A model generated the notes under the pieces. It was not told the origin of the DNA and did not search any database. It worked only from the letters and a program-made list of their open reading frames with translations. The position numbers and the translations under genes were made by a program. A stretch of 64,000 bases of DNA. Origin: Lama glama (Eukaryota). This document shows, one piece after another, positions 36,601 to 49,272 of this stretch; the first letter of the stretch is position 1; the number at the start of each line of letters is the position of its first letter. Location of the stretch: NCBI GenBank assembly GCA_028534125.1, contig CM052827.1:34410001-34474000 (forward strand), written 5' to 3'.

Positions 36601-39600
36601 GCAAAGGTTCTCACCAAACCTTATTCAGGAGAGTAAGTGCTGCTGGGCAGGGTACAGAATCCTGGTGGGAGAAGAAGCCAACCTGCAGGGCTGGTCTGCC
36701 ACTTCCCGGAGGATTGGGTTGGTGGGAGGTGGCTTTCCAGGAGTGGCTCTCCAGGCTGCAAGCTGACCATCCATCCATTTGGGCCAAGGGGCACTTGCTT
36801 GGGGCAGTGAGTTACACTGTCTGGTAGTTCTGATAGCCCTGCGATAGGATGATTGCCCAGAGCCAGAGTTGACATTCACATTCCCATCCCAGCTCTTCCC
36901 CAGTCCGTAAAGTGACTCTGACACTTGTTGAAGATAAAATGAGGTGCAGCGAGTGTAGTGTGTCCCAATGCTCTCCAGGTGAAGGGGGCCAGCACCTGTG
37001 GGGACTGGACGTGCAACCTTGTTCATGTACTCTGACAGGAGCAGCTGGGTGAGCAGGGATAGGACCTTGCCCCAGAGCCATGGGGACGAATACCCCATGG
37101 GTGTGGGAGAGCTGGAGACCGGATGTGTGCAGGCAGCAGAGTGGAATGCAGGGAGGCGGGTGGCATGTTTCCAGGCTCGTGCTTGGCTTCTGCCGGATGC
37201 CTTTAATTGTCTCATGTTCCCACCTCCAGTGTGGATGGGGGCTGTGGTGGACCATCAGCTCACCACTCTTCTCTTGCTGCCCACCCCCAGCAAGTCAGAG
37301 GATGGCTTTCCCGTATCTGTGTCAATAGCTGACAGCACAAGAAAACAGACTGATTTTAGAATTCTTTCCTATGAAGCTCTTCCTCCTTGCCTGTCTGCTG
37401 GTGGCTGCTAGGTGTCAAGTGCTGGATGGTAATGCTGGTTCTATGTGAGGATCCCAGGTGGCCAAGTAGATGCCCCCATAACTTGTCCAGGAAGGTTCCC
37501 TCTGGAACGGCCATTCTACCTCACCAAAGCTGGTACCCAGTGGATGTTCAACAAATAAGTCTCCCTCATTTACTGAGGGAGCAGACACCCTCAGTCCAGA
37601 TCCCTGACTGGTCACTGGGAGGTAGCATGGTTTGGTCCACTGGGTATGGGCAGTGGACCCTCACTGGTCACTGTGGTTGGAGACCTCTTGGAGGAAGGTG
37701 GGGTAGCTCTCTCTTCGTCGGGGCAGGAGGCAGGCTCTGAGTGGAGAGGGGCAGCAGCCCCCTCATGTGCCACCCTTGGGTCACCTCTTGGCTTCCTGGA
37801 GCCCTGTCCTATAGGCATCCCTCTGCTGTTGCTGTCCTGGTTGCAGAAACAGATGTCCACCTCCCCACATTGCTGCATTTAGCCATTTTTATCAAAGCAC
37901 CTTGCTCTGACTACCTACGGCATCTCGTTGACACAGGGTCAGAGCCTCCTTTCATCACTGCTATTTCCCAGCTCTGCTGAGGCCTCTCCAACAAAGTGGT
38001 GTATCGTGGGTTGTATTCAGGCGGCTCCCAGTGTCCCATCCGTCCCCTCCCTCTCGTACTCTTCTCATTGTCTGTCTCCACCTGGGTAGGTCTGCCCTTT
38101 CAGAGTTGCTTTTGCTTCTGTTGCGTCTAGGCCTTCAAGTTCCTCTGGGAGCTGCTGGGGCTGCTGTTTCTCCCACATTCCGACCTCTTTAAATCTGCTG
38201 CTGGCCTTCCACATTATCCCCCTCCTGTCCCCACTGAGATGGTTGAGGGTGACCTGATCCAACCACACCCCACCAGGTGTGTCTCTCTAGCCTCCTTCAC
38301 ACAAGGTCACCCTTCTTGTGCGTGTCTTCCTGGCCTCGGTTTCTCTGCCTCCCAGTGCAAGTGTAGTGCCCAGACCTGACTGTTGCTCCTGCATGGTTTG
38401 GCTGGCTTGGGGCACAAGGCTGAGTCACCTTCATTTCTTCATTCATCTTGCCATCCCATGGAGACCAAGTGCCTGTCCTGAGCTGAGTCCTGTACCAAGG
38501 GTTCCAGGAACACAGACCTCTGGGGACAGAGGCCACAGTATGGGTGACCTGCTAACAGCCACCAGGGATGCAAATTGTCTCAGAAATTAGAATGAGAGAA
38601 AGTTTAAAAAAAAAAGAGCCAGGTTGAGCCCTGGAAATCACCTCACTTCAGCAGAACCCTTGAATGGAGACAGAAAAGAACACCATGCAGCTGGCTCTGA
38701 AATCCAGAACCTTCTAGGGCTGCTCCAGGACATTGTTAAAGCAGACATTACTTGGTTGCTGGCATAGGTTGCCAACATCTCTGATTCCAAAGCAAGCACA
38801 CAGCATCCTTCCTGACTCTTGAGTTGTAACCCACTCCCTCATGTCCTTGTCCTTCACTTTGTGGACTCTGGGCAGGGACAGGTGGGGTGCAAGATTTCAT
38901 TTGGTTATTCACCTCAAGTTTTAGAATACAGGTCTACTAACCTTTAAGTTGTCGCACCTTTTCTCATTTTTATCTTCATTCTCTGCCTCTTTTACAAACT
39001 ATTATCTTCCTTCTTTTTCTCCTCTCATGCTCTCTCCCCCAACATCCTTTTCTTTTCTGCTGCTCAGACCCCCACCCATCCCCTGCCAGGTCCCAGGGTG
39101 GTGGATTCTGTCTGGTGTTAGAAGTCCAGACACCAGGAGGGTGAGTATCTTAACCAGAGGAGGGGATGCTGGCTCCACCAGCACACAGTGTCTAATTCTG
39201 CTTATTTTTTCAAAGCACTTTTCCTCATGGTCAACATCAGAGTGTGCTGTTCTTGTCATACTGATCATTCTGCTCTCCCGAGTAAACATGAAGCTCCATT
39301 TCCCAGAATTTCCTCTGTGCCCTTTTCTCTGCTCTCATTTAGGCCCACGTAAGTACAGGAAGGAAGCCTGTGAGGGTGGGAATGCTGGGTCTGAGAACAC
39401 ATCTTGAGACAAAGCTGAGGGAAGAACTGAGTCATGGGAGCAGAGTCCAGGCTTTTTTCCTCCCTTCCTTCTTCCAGCAGCTCTTTGCTGTGGCTTCCTT
39501 CTCTGCCAGAGAACCTTCGCCAGAATCATCATGGGCTGGAAAAGAATCCATAGAGGTCAAGAGGTCAAGTCAGCTGAAATGTTACGTGCTCCTCACATGC

Positions 39601-42600
39601 AGCCAAGTGAGGAAGAAAGATGGGGAACCATCTTTTTAGAATCCAGGACTTTAGAAACTAGAAGAGACTTAGAATTCATTGCATTAATATTAAAAGTGAG
39701 GAGGCTGTGATTTCTCTATGGTCAACAGAGAAGGTAGACCTAGAATGCAGGTCATTGGGCTTGCAGCCCAACACTTACTCTGTCACCCAGATGCCATCCA
39801 GAAGAAACACAATGCCTTTTTCTCCCCTCATTTGCAAGTGGTCAGGCCTGTCTAGGGCAAGCCCTGTGAGCTGAGTTTGCTGTTAGAAGGAGGCAGCTTC
39901 CTCCTCCCTCTGCAGCCTAGGCCAAGAGAGTTGGTTCCAGCCTTTGTTCCCTTAGCCCTTGGACTCAAGGCAGGACAATGGTAGTGACTTGAGTAATGTT
40001 ATTGCCAGGCCCTTATGCCATTAGAGCAAGTAAATGGGGCTGGGGCAGAAGGAAGTGTGTCCTCTGAGCTGGAATGGAAAGCCCCTTCTGGTCTGGTGCC
40101 TCCCTCTGAAGGGGGAGTTAGATTCTGCTGCGGAGGAATGACTAGTCCCACAGAAGCAGAGGGATAAAGAGGGTGAAGTTGATAAGAAAGTGCTCATGGT
40201 GGAGGTTCTTCCTCTACCCTGTTGGCCTCTCTGCTGTTACAGCATCAGAACTACATACCCAAAATGCAAGGACTCTAGGGGTTACAGGCTAGGGAGAAAG
40301 GCAGCCAGTTTGATGGTCAGAAACAGTGGGGAGGTGATACCCTTTCTCCCATAGCCTCTCTTGTCCTCCTCTTGGGGCAGAACCCAGCTGCTTACTCACA
40401 CAGCTCAGAGATTTGTGGCCAGGAGGGTATGGGCTGTCACCCTGGTTGTTGCAGCTGTCCTCTGATCACACAGCAGAGGGAGACCTGAGTGTCTGGAGGC
40501 AAGCAGTCTGACATTTTAACATTCCCTTCCATGTTCCATGCCAGCCCAGAAACAGGTGGAAGCCTCTGGGAGACCGGCCAGGTGGTACTTCGGGCCTGTC
40601 CCTTTTGTCAGCCACCTGTGATCCACATGTGTCCCTGATCTGGGCCCAAGTATACTGAGGCAAGTGTTCTGTCCTTTACCCACAGCCTGCAGTTAGGAGC
40701 CGAAGGACATGACAGTTGACCATTTTTCTTCTTCTCATACCTATTTTTTTTTCCTCACTTGGCTGCCTGTGAGGAACAGAAAGCTACCTGGCCAGTTAGT
40801 CATAGGCTCCCAGACATACTCTTGTGCTCTTGGTGGCTCCAGAGACCCGCATATGTTGGGGAAGGAAATGGGTTGGTCTGCAGGAGTTGACTGCTTTCTT
40901 AGGAGGTACTGAATGGACTTAGCCAGAATCAAGGCCATGGGTGAGTGTGGAAAGCCTTGTTTTTCCTTTTTGAGCCCTGTTCGAGGCCTCAGCTGGGCTC
41001 CCAGGGGCCACTGTTCTGGAGGTCAACATAAGTTCCTGCCCCGATGTCAGTGGGCTGACTTGAAGACCACCTTCCTATGTTCAGCCTGTTTGACTTCCTG
41101 CTGCAAGTCAGTGTGTTCCTCAGTGTGTGAGGGTGAGGCTGGGTACCATTGCACAGCCCGGTTCTCAGGTCAGGACGCTGAGTCACATTGGCTTAGGGGA
41201 CCCACCTGGTCTAGCTGCTCACAGCTCTTTAAACATGGGGAGATCTGGGGCCTGCCAGAGAGGAGGGTAGGCTGGCCCTCCAACTAATGAGCCCGTTGGC
41301 ATTCTGCACACAGCTGCAGGTACACAGTAATTGGAGAGGCGAATGTCTAGGGGAGGAGGAGGGGCAGATCAATCTGGCTCACTTTGGCGCTAATGGCAAC
41401 AAGCAGCAGGGGTTGATGCCTAGTGTGAGCCTGTGTCACTCTGGAGATGCAGATGCTTAAGCCGTGGTGCAAGTCTGGTGAGAGGCCCATCTAAGACTGC
41501 ACTGGAGCTGCAGGGGGCCTTGGTTTGGCTGGGTATGGATGTGAAGTGAGGATGCCTCTGATCCATCCATATTCAGGTTCCTGACTTGTGAGTCCAGCTT
41601 TGCCTCTATTTATTTTGTCATCTGCAGAGGAGTTGCCCCTCTTCTCTCTTGACTGGAGCAAGGGCCAGGAGCAGAATCCATGTCCCAGCCCTGTTTGGCT
41701 AGCCTGGGCTGCCAGCTCTGTTTGGAGCTGCCCCACCAACAGGCCAGGCTGAGCTGCAGTGTGCTCCCCAGTGATTTCTCCTTTTCTTGGAGACCATAAA
41801 AGCTGACAGGGCAGCACAGTATTCTCATGACCCAACCTGTTCCAGCTTTAGGTTTGCTGTGGCTATCAGTGGCCCCATTATGCCTGCTTCTTTCCATCTC
41901 TCAGATGAATGACAGGGGCCACAGTGAGTGTCTGTGGTCTAGGTTGGCTGGCCCCTCATAATGGCTCTTTGTGTTCAGGTGGCAGCAGCAAGCCATGGGT
42001 ACCAGCCAAAATCTACTATGTGCCTGTCCAATTCAGTCACCCTGCAGGTTGGCCTCATTACCAGAGCCCTGAGCTACACAGGCCTGCAGGGAAATATGAG
42101 TGAGTGTCCTTTACCCTGAGGACCTGAGATTCAGCCCGGTGACAAGCTGTGCAGGCTGAGGGCTGGAGGTGGATGGCTGCTTGGTGTGTGGCTGAGACAA
42201 AGCAGCTGTGGGTGCATGTAGTAGAGCAGGCTTTGATCAGCTCCTCTGTGAGGACAGCACATACTAAAATGAGGCTGGCACAGGGCACTGCCAGGAGCCA
42301 CTGTCTGGCTTAGAGATGTCATGCAGACTGGAGAAATGCCCTGAGAAGGGTCCTGGTCCCTGCCAGGGTCCCATGTCCCCCCTGCCCTCTCAGCAGATGG
42401 AGAAATCTAGTTGCCTTGAATTGTTTCCTTCTCTCCCCATGGCTGAGAGGCTGAGGCTGATGTAGAGAATGCAGTGGTCATTTTGACCACTTTGTCAGTT
42501 GGAAGGAGGGTGGACTTTGTCTTTAAGAACTAGGAAGTGGCTTGATATGGGCATTCAGGGGTGGGAGCTTAAGTCTGGCTCAAGATATGGTGGAAGGTTT

Positions 42601-43292
42601 GGACCATTCTCATTAAATTTCTCTGAGTTATACTGGTCCAAGGGTAGGTTGGGTGGTCTTGACAGGGGCCACTTTCCTGAGCCAGACTCTGAGTCCCGGG
42701 CACCTTAGAAGTTTGCTTCTTGGGGAGGGAGCAGGTCTTTCTCCCTTGTCAGACTCCTCACCCAGAGAGCAACCTCTGCTCAGCGGCCTGGGCCAGCATT
42801 GGCAGAAGGGGAAGCCTAGAACGTTCTACATGGGAGGAGCCAGGCAGCGCCTCTCTCTGGGAGGAGAATGCAGCAGGGCTGCTGGACAGGTCTGAGTGCT
42901 GTGGTGGTGACATCGTCAGGATGGGGAGGGCAGTGTTAAATGCACTCACTCTAATACTTGTCGTTGGCCTCTAGCCCTGGCCCAGCGTGTCCAACCTGGC
43001 CAAGGACTTCATTGACCGCCTGCTGACAGTGGACCCCGGCGCTCGAATGACTGCACTGCAGGCCCTGAGGCATCCATGGGTGGTGAGCATGGCAGCCTCT
43101 TCATCTATGAAGAATCTGCACCGCTCCATCTCCCAAAACCTCCTCAAACGTGCCTCGTCGCGCTGCCAGAGCACCAAATCTGCCCAGTCCACACGTTCCA
43201 GCCGCTCTACACGCTCCAACAAGTCACGCCGTGTGCGGGAGCGAGAGCTGCGGGAGCTTAACCTGCGCTACCAGCAGCAGTACAATGGCTGA
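30664..43292 (+). CDS. PSKH1: Serine/threonine protein kinase H1 (CAMK group), 2 coding exons, 424 aa
   Basis: Coding 30664-31620 (MGCGTSK acylation motif, [24 protein letters not shown]) plus 42975-43292 ([17 protein letters not shown]...YQQQYNG*). Exon 2 acceptor at 30593/4. Confidence 0.97.
31778..32266. mobile_element. Ancient ERVL-class solo LTR (LTR33/LTR41-like; subfamily uncertain)
   Basis: Begins tcttagtttgggttctc...cctgagacaaggactc...gtggggaaagtgagacag...ccactgtggg, typical of these old LTRs. Confidence 0.5.
35430..35660. mobile_element. MIR SINE (approximate limits)
   Basis: 'cccattttacagatgagtaaactgaggcc...ggttaagtaacttgtccagggtc...gggatttgaattcagg' canonical MIR core. Confidence 0.8.
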
Positions 43293-45240
43293 GCCACCTG
43301 GCTGGGCTGCAGACATGCCATGGTCCCAGCCTGGCCACACATTGCTGTGCCATCTGGGCCCAATGCCCTCTCTAGAGATGGGCTTGTATGGCCGGTGGTA
43401 GGTGAATGGCCCCAATCCCTTCTCTGTGCCTTCAGCAGCCCCCATCTTCACCCTGGGCCTGAGCCTGGTGAACTGGGAGCCTGGCTTGGCATGGATGCGA
43501 CTTTTGGTGGGCAACTACTCTGGTACCAGTTAGGGAAAGGGCAGGCCCTGGCCTTTGGTCTCACTTCTTGGCTCTTCCCCAGACCAGAGGAGCATGCAAT
43601 GCCAGGTAGACGGTGTCCTCTGGTCGCAGGACTCTTTGGGACAGTTACTTCTGGAACCCACCTTTCCTCCACCAGGCCTTCCTCCCTGACTCTTCCCCCT
43701 TGTCCACCCCCCCCCCCCATATTCCATGGCATCCTGATCCTCATGATTATGCTCTGGTGAGAGGCCCAGGGAGGCACACAGCTTGTGCCTTGGCTGGACT
43801 CTCAATCCCTGGCTAAGTCTAAACAGCCCTCCACCTCCCAGCCAAGACCTATCTTGCTTCATGGTGCCCCCAGGGACCCCTCCTCTGGCCCTAGGACTTG
43901 TCAGGCTCTCTGGTGGTAAGGCCATGGAATGGTTCTTGGCCCTCTGGACTGTGTGGCTGTGTTGATAGCAGGCTTGCTCCAGGCTCCAACCTCTCCGTCT
44001 ATGAGAGAGTTTCTGCCCACCAGCCTACTGCTCTCAGTGCCTGCTTTACAGAGCCTACCATCACCTCCCTCTACCCCTTGGATGCCCATTCTGTTCCCCA
44101 GGTGCCTCCTTCCCAACTGTGGGGAGACTAAAAGGAGCCCCACTGCTGCTACCTGGAGGGTGGGGGCACCTGGGGGTGGGGGCACCTGGGCCAAAGCAAA
44201 GGGCAGGGGCTTCACAGGGAGAGCCTCATCAGGATTCCAGTGTCAGCCCTGGTTTCACGCTTGGTATTGCCCACTGCCTCTCCCTTCAGCTCTGATGTTC
44301 TCTCTTCTGCAGCTGCATGAAGGTGCCATCTAGTGTCTGGCACAAGTATGGGCAGCCTAGGAATGACCACCTTGCTCACCTTTCATCCTCTAAGAGGAAG
44401 TGGGGAGGAAGGAGCTGCTGCACTGAGGGAGGGTCCCAGGGCTGCTCAGTTCTCTCCCCTTCTGCTGAGCTTCTGTGCGGCTTCCCCTGGAACTTAGCCA
44501 TACTGTGTGACCTGCCTCTGAACCCTGAGTGCCTGGGGCACTGGCCTTTTCACAGGTGGCCCTGCCTGGTCCAGCCTGTCCCCGCTTGTTTTCATAGCAT
44601 TACTCTTCCAGTCAGGGCCCTGCTGAATCTCAGACTGGAGGGAGCCCCTGCAAGAGGTGGGTGGAATTAGGTGGCCTCTTTCCCAGAGGCCTGAGCCAGA
44701 CCATCCCCCTATCAGCCACAGTGCCTCCTCCCACCACAAGCAGGGCTGGAACTCAAGCCCCCTCCCTCCACAGCTACTTTCTGTGGGTGGGAAGGAGCCA
44801 GGGCCCAGCTATAGCCTTAGCTGGATTGCAGGGCCCCTGCCAGCAGGGAGGGTTTAGCCCTCAGTTCCTCTCAGTGGGTACCCTTGAGGCAGGCCCTCCT
44901 CTTTTTGCATGTGCCATCTCCAGTGGGAAACCAAGCTAAAAGAGACCACTCTGGGCCAAGTCAACTGTGCCTTATATACCGCTTCCTTCTGTCCCCAGTG
45001 CTCCCAGCACCAGGCAGTGGAAAGCCAAAGCCCCATGGCCTCAGAATTCCTCCTATTTCCCAAAGTGCCTCTGGGGCCTAAAATCCTGGGGATTTATTTC
45101 CTCTCGGCCAGGGTGGACCTGGTCCTGAGGATAAGACAGAGGGAGTTTGGAGACTTGGGCCTTTATGCTACAGACTGTGGATGGAGAATGTGCAGTTATT
45201 TATTTTGTGTACTCAGTTTGTAAATGTATCCTCCGTACTC

Positions 45241-45246
45241 AATAAA
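45241..45246 (+). terminator. PSKH1 poly(A) signal ending a ~2-kb 3'UTR
   Basis: AATAAA preceded by U-rich/UGUA elements (ttatttattttgtgtac, tgtaaatgta). Confidence 0.85.
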
Positions 45247-45530
45247 CAGGCTGCCTTCCCCAGGGAAGGCTGCCCATTCATTCTGACAGCCCAGTCTCCT
45301 TGCTGTGGACCAAGGGGTTGCCAAGGAGGTGGGGGAGCCCAACCTGGTCTTGGCTAGTCTGGGAGGATCCTGACTCCTCAACACCTGCCATGCCAGAAGA
45401 CAAAGTCAGTGTGTGGAGTGGGACTCCCAAGAGCCTCTCCTTTTCCCTGAGCCAGGAAGACAGGAATATACAAGAGGACAGAGCCTGGGGTCTTTACTGG
45501 ACTGAGATGGGGAGAGGGCCTCTGGTGGGC

Positions 45531-47354
45531 TCAGTTGTAAGCTATGCCTGATTGACCCAGGTGCTGAACTTGCTAACCTGAGCGTACGTGGCAGGTGCAC
45601 ACACATTGCAGTCACTGGTGCCCCGGGAAACAATACTAGTAAGCACCCACACATTCCCATTCTGGCTGATAAGAGGACCTCTGGAGTCATTCCTGAGGGG
45701 AAGAAGGGCGAAGTCAGCGTGGGGGGTGCAGGGTGCCACAAGGTGCAGAGTACAGGATGGGGTGCTGTGCTCACCTGGCACAAGGAGGCCCTTGAAGCAC
45801 TTGCACAAATCATGGAGTTGGTGATGTGTGAGCCCCAGAACTGCTGGCATTGACTCACGGTGACCAGGGGCAGAACCACCTGCTGCAGGCATGCCGGAGT
45901 CACATTGTCTATGGGCCAAGAGGGGGTGGTTAGCCCCCAGATGACTTGTCCCCACCCTACACTCCCATCCAGATTTTTGATCCAAGTTCCTACTCATGCC
46001 ACTGAGGCGGCCCCAGCCAGTGGTGACACACGTGAGGCCTTCAGGCAGCACCTCATTTGAGGAAGCCAGGCAAACTGGTGAGATACATGTTGTGTACTGG
46101 GCTGGGGAGGCGAGCTTCAGTAGTGTAAGATCATTATTGATGGTGGTGGGTTCCAAGAGGGGTGCGTGATGGCCTGTGGAGCCAGGAAGGGGCCATGTAG
46201 GATGGGAGTGGGCACAGGCCCCCAGGTAATGGGTGCTGAGGAGGCTAGGCTAGGCATGTCCTGAATTCCTCATCCCCAGAGCCCACACACCTGCACCACC
46301 CACTCTTCCCTATCTGCAGCCCAGGGACTCACCCGAGAGATGGACAGAACCTGCAAAGTCTCAGCACTGGATGATGGGTTGTACTCGCCCAGGATGACAA
46401 AGTGGCTGCAGTAAGAGTGGGGTTGGGCAGCCGCAGGGAGGGCAGAGTGACAAGAGAGGGGCATCCAGGACAAAGGAGTTGAGGAGGTGTGGACTGGGGT
46501 GGGGCAGGTAGAGGGGAAGCACTCACACAACATTGCAGTAGGCAGCAATGACCATCCAGGCCTGGCTGCTGAGGGAACCACCGCAGAAGTGAAAGTCTTT
46601 GCTGTCCTGGGTTCAGGGGTCAGACATACGGTGCACTCAGGCTATGCCTAGGCATGAAGCACCTGGGATCTTGCCCCACCCGCAGGGTGCATGTACCTGC
46701 AGGGATACCTGGCAGGGCCAGGAGCCCAGCACTACCTTCTCCCCATTGACAGCCCTCTAGCTGAAGCTCAGCACCGGTTTGATGGCAGGAACACTGCAGC
46801 CTGCCATTGGGCTGGTGAGGACCTGTTTCCCACATCCCAGCCTACCTCTCACCTCCTCCTGGGTGTCCCCAGGGTAAGCCCCCTAGAGGGGTCCAAATCG
46901 AGAAGACTCATTACGCCTTCTCACCCTTAGCACCTCTGGGCCTGTAGCTATCTCAGCTGCCTGCATCCCTAGCCTCCAGGTTCTGTCCGTTCTCCCACAT
47001 CTCTCCAACCTACTCCCTACCATTTCTCAATTCCACCCCGACCCCCCAGCCCAGGCCATCTTTCTCCCTGATCCCTGGGATAGTCTCCTCCCTAGCCTCT
47101 CTACCCACTCCAGATTTCAATGATCCATACCTTGCATGCAGGTTAAGGGCTCTTCCTAAACTACAGGTCCAACCATTGCTTCTCAGCTTCCTAAACCCTC
47201 CCCCTGGGCCTGGCCAAGCTCCTGTCCCATTTGTGGGATTGCCTACCTCTTGCTTCCTCCCAGCCCTGGCACATCCTTTTTCCTCTGCCCATTCTGTCTA
47301 CCTGCTTTCCTTCAAGCCAGCTGAGGGGCCAAGGGTCAGTCTGAGCAGCAACAT
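45531..47354 (-). pseudogene. CTRL: Chymotrypsin-like protease CTRL, disabled unitary pseudogene (7 exon remnants)
   Basis: Exon remnants: ~47327-47354 (MLLLRLTLG, then similarity and donor lost), 46697-46800 (in-frame TAG at 46757-46759), 46527-46606 (AAHC changed to AAYC), 46333-46405, 45994-46173 (1-nt deletion near 46149), 45775-45908, 45531-45692 (extra nt at start; GDSGGP changed to xDSRGP; 1-nt deletion near the end). Confidence 0.9.
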
Positions 47355-48249
47355 TGTGATAGGCATGAGGCTGAGAACTGGGCCTGGCTTTATGGCATTC
47401 CTTGTCCTTGGGCCTAAGGCCAAGCCAGCTGTGTAGGTTCAGCCCCCTCCCATGCTCTAGTCAGGAGGAGGGTCTCTTTAGGCCGAGGTCCTTGACCCAG
47501 GCCCTGACTTACTGGAGTCCAGGTGTGAGGTTCCCATCTCCTTCACTCTCCTAAAGCCTGGCCTATGACTGGCTCCTAGAACCACCTCACATCCTAAGTA
47601 CTGAGCACCAGTTACCAAGGAATTAAGGTTAGACTTACAGTGACTACCTGGTGGCTGGGATCAGGAAAGTCTCCCAGGCTATCAGGGACACCAGACTCAG
47701 AGAAGCCTGCTGAGCACCCAGGGGTGTTCTGACTGGTGGAGGGAAACTCCAGCTGTTACCAGCTCCACTGTTGAGGGCCAGGGCCATGTGGCCAGGTCAG
47801 GGGTTCTGGCAGGTTGCATATCCTAACATATCATTTCAGTGATTCCTCATCAGTTTGGAACAGGAGTCACAGTTTGCTTAGAGATGGTGACTCTCCCACT
47901 ACAATGTTCATTTGGACCCAAACCTTTATCTGCCTTGCTCCGAAGCCCATACTCTTCGTGATGAGATGATACCTGGAAGGGGCCTGGTGTACAGGAGGGC
48001 AAGGTGTGATGCTCGACACTGGATGGGGGTCACAGGTGGAAGGGTGACAGCCGTCAAATCTTTGACAGCTTCCAGGCCTTGGGGTTCCCATGGACAAGCC
48101 CCTGCTATCTACAGCCCATTCATTGTAGAGCTCCAGGCTGAGCCTGAACTGAGGGAGAGAAGACGCTCCTGTGTACAAAGCTGCAATAGGTTAAGTTGGC
48201 TGGCCTCCTTCGAGGGGTATGAGGACTTTGAATGATTCAAGAACGTTAT

Positions 48250-48422
48250 CAGCCCCAAAAAATTAGTTAATTGTTGATTAGAGGAATGGATGGATAAATC
48301 AGTGATAAAAGAAATATAACAGCATACTAATTGTAAAGTCTGTGGTGGGTATAAAGGTGATCAATGTACAATTCTTTCAACCTTTATGTTTAAAAATCTT
48401 CGTAATAAAATACTGGAGAAAA
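48250..48422 (+). mobile_element. Old L1M (L1MC/ME-like) 3' end fragment
   Basis: 'gtggtgggtataaaggtgatcaatgtacaattctttcaacc...tcgtaataaaatactggagaaaaa'. Confidence 0.6.
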
Positions 48423-49232
48423 AGCACAGTCAGGATCCCAGAGATGTCCAGACTGGAGTAGACCCTCCCCAGAGGTTGGGAAGACTTTAACAGGTCCAAA
48501 GCTCCAGTGGAGCTCAGCCATTCTCTCCCAGGACAGGATGCTTCTGTCAGCACCGAGCATCTGGGATGGCACCCAGTGGATGCTGAACAAGTCTACTGGA
48601 TAAATGTGTCGTGTCATCTCTCCCCACATGAGCCTTGTGACCCCTGTCAGCACAGAAAACTTGGGAGTCAATTCCCCTATTCACAGCCCAGCGTGTGTAA
48701 ACAAGCCCAGTGTTGTGTTAGCACCTCCGGTGTGCCTAGTCATCTGAGGGGTTTCACAGATAAAGGCGTTGCAGGGGTGAGGAGTGTACCTGTGAGAACT
48801 TGCCCTTGGAGTCAGGAAGCAGCTCCTCCATCAGCATTTTAGCCATTCGCGGGGGCAGCGGGGCCCGACTGAGACGTGTGAGCTTTGTCCTGGGCCATTG
48901 ATGAGCCAGGTAAAGGCTTTGGTGGGGGCAGTACATAGGGCCTTTTGGGTTTTATAACAGTTCCCAGTGGACTAGAGGGCATGGGAGTGGGTGTGGAGAG
49001 TCATGAGGGGGCTTTACACCTTGAGTCTTCAGTGCTTGCCAGGGCTGGGATTCTGGAAAGGTAGATAGATGCCTTTGGTGATGGGTGAAGGGCACCTCTT
49101 AGGTCAGGCACTGAAGCCATAGGAGGGAGTGGTCCCTGGAGGGATACCTTAGCCACAGAGCCCTGCTGGCTGCTTGTCCCCCTCCACCCAAGAACGATAT
49201 AGCCATGTGTTTAGGTGTTTGTGTTCTTTGGG

Positions 49233-49238
49233 TTTATT
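49233..49238 (-). terminator. PSMB10 poly(A) signal
   Basis: AATAAA on the - strand about 35 nt after TGA. Confidence 0.85.
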
Positions 49239-49272
49239 CTTCCTTGTTCCAAGCTCTAAGCCTCTGCCAGCA

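Noticed and set aside
38930-39330. Purine-rich minus-strand ORF (95 aa) resembling a retrocopy fragment
   Set aside because: I could not match it to any protein, and it has no poly(A) tail or TSD.
46700-46710. GTATCCCT U12-like donor in CTRL exon 2
   Set aside because: It is the coding sequence for V-S-L of the QVSLQ motif; the real donor is GTACAT at 46696.
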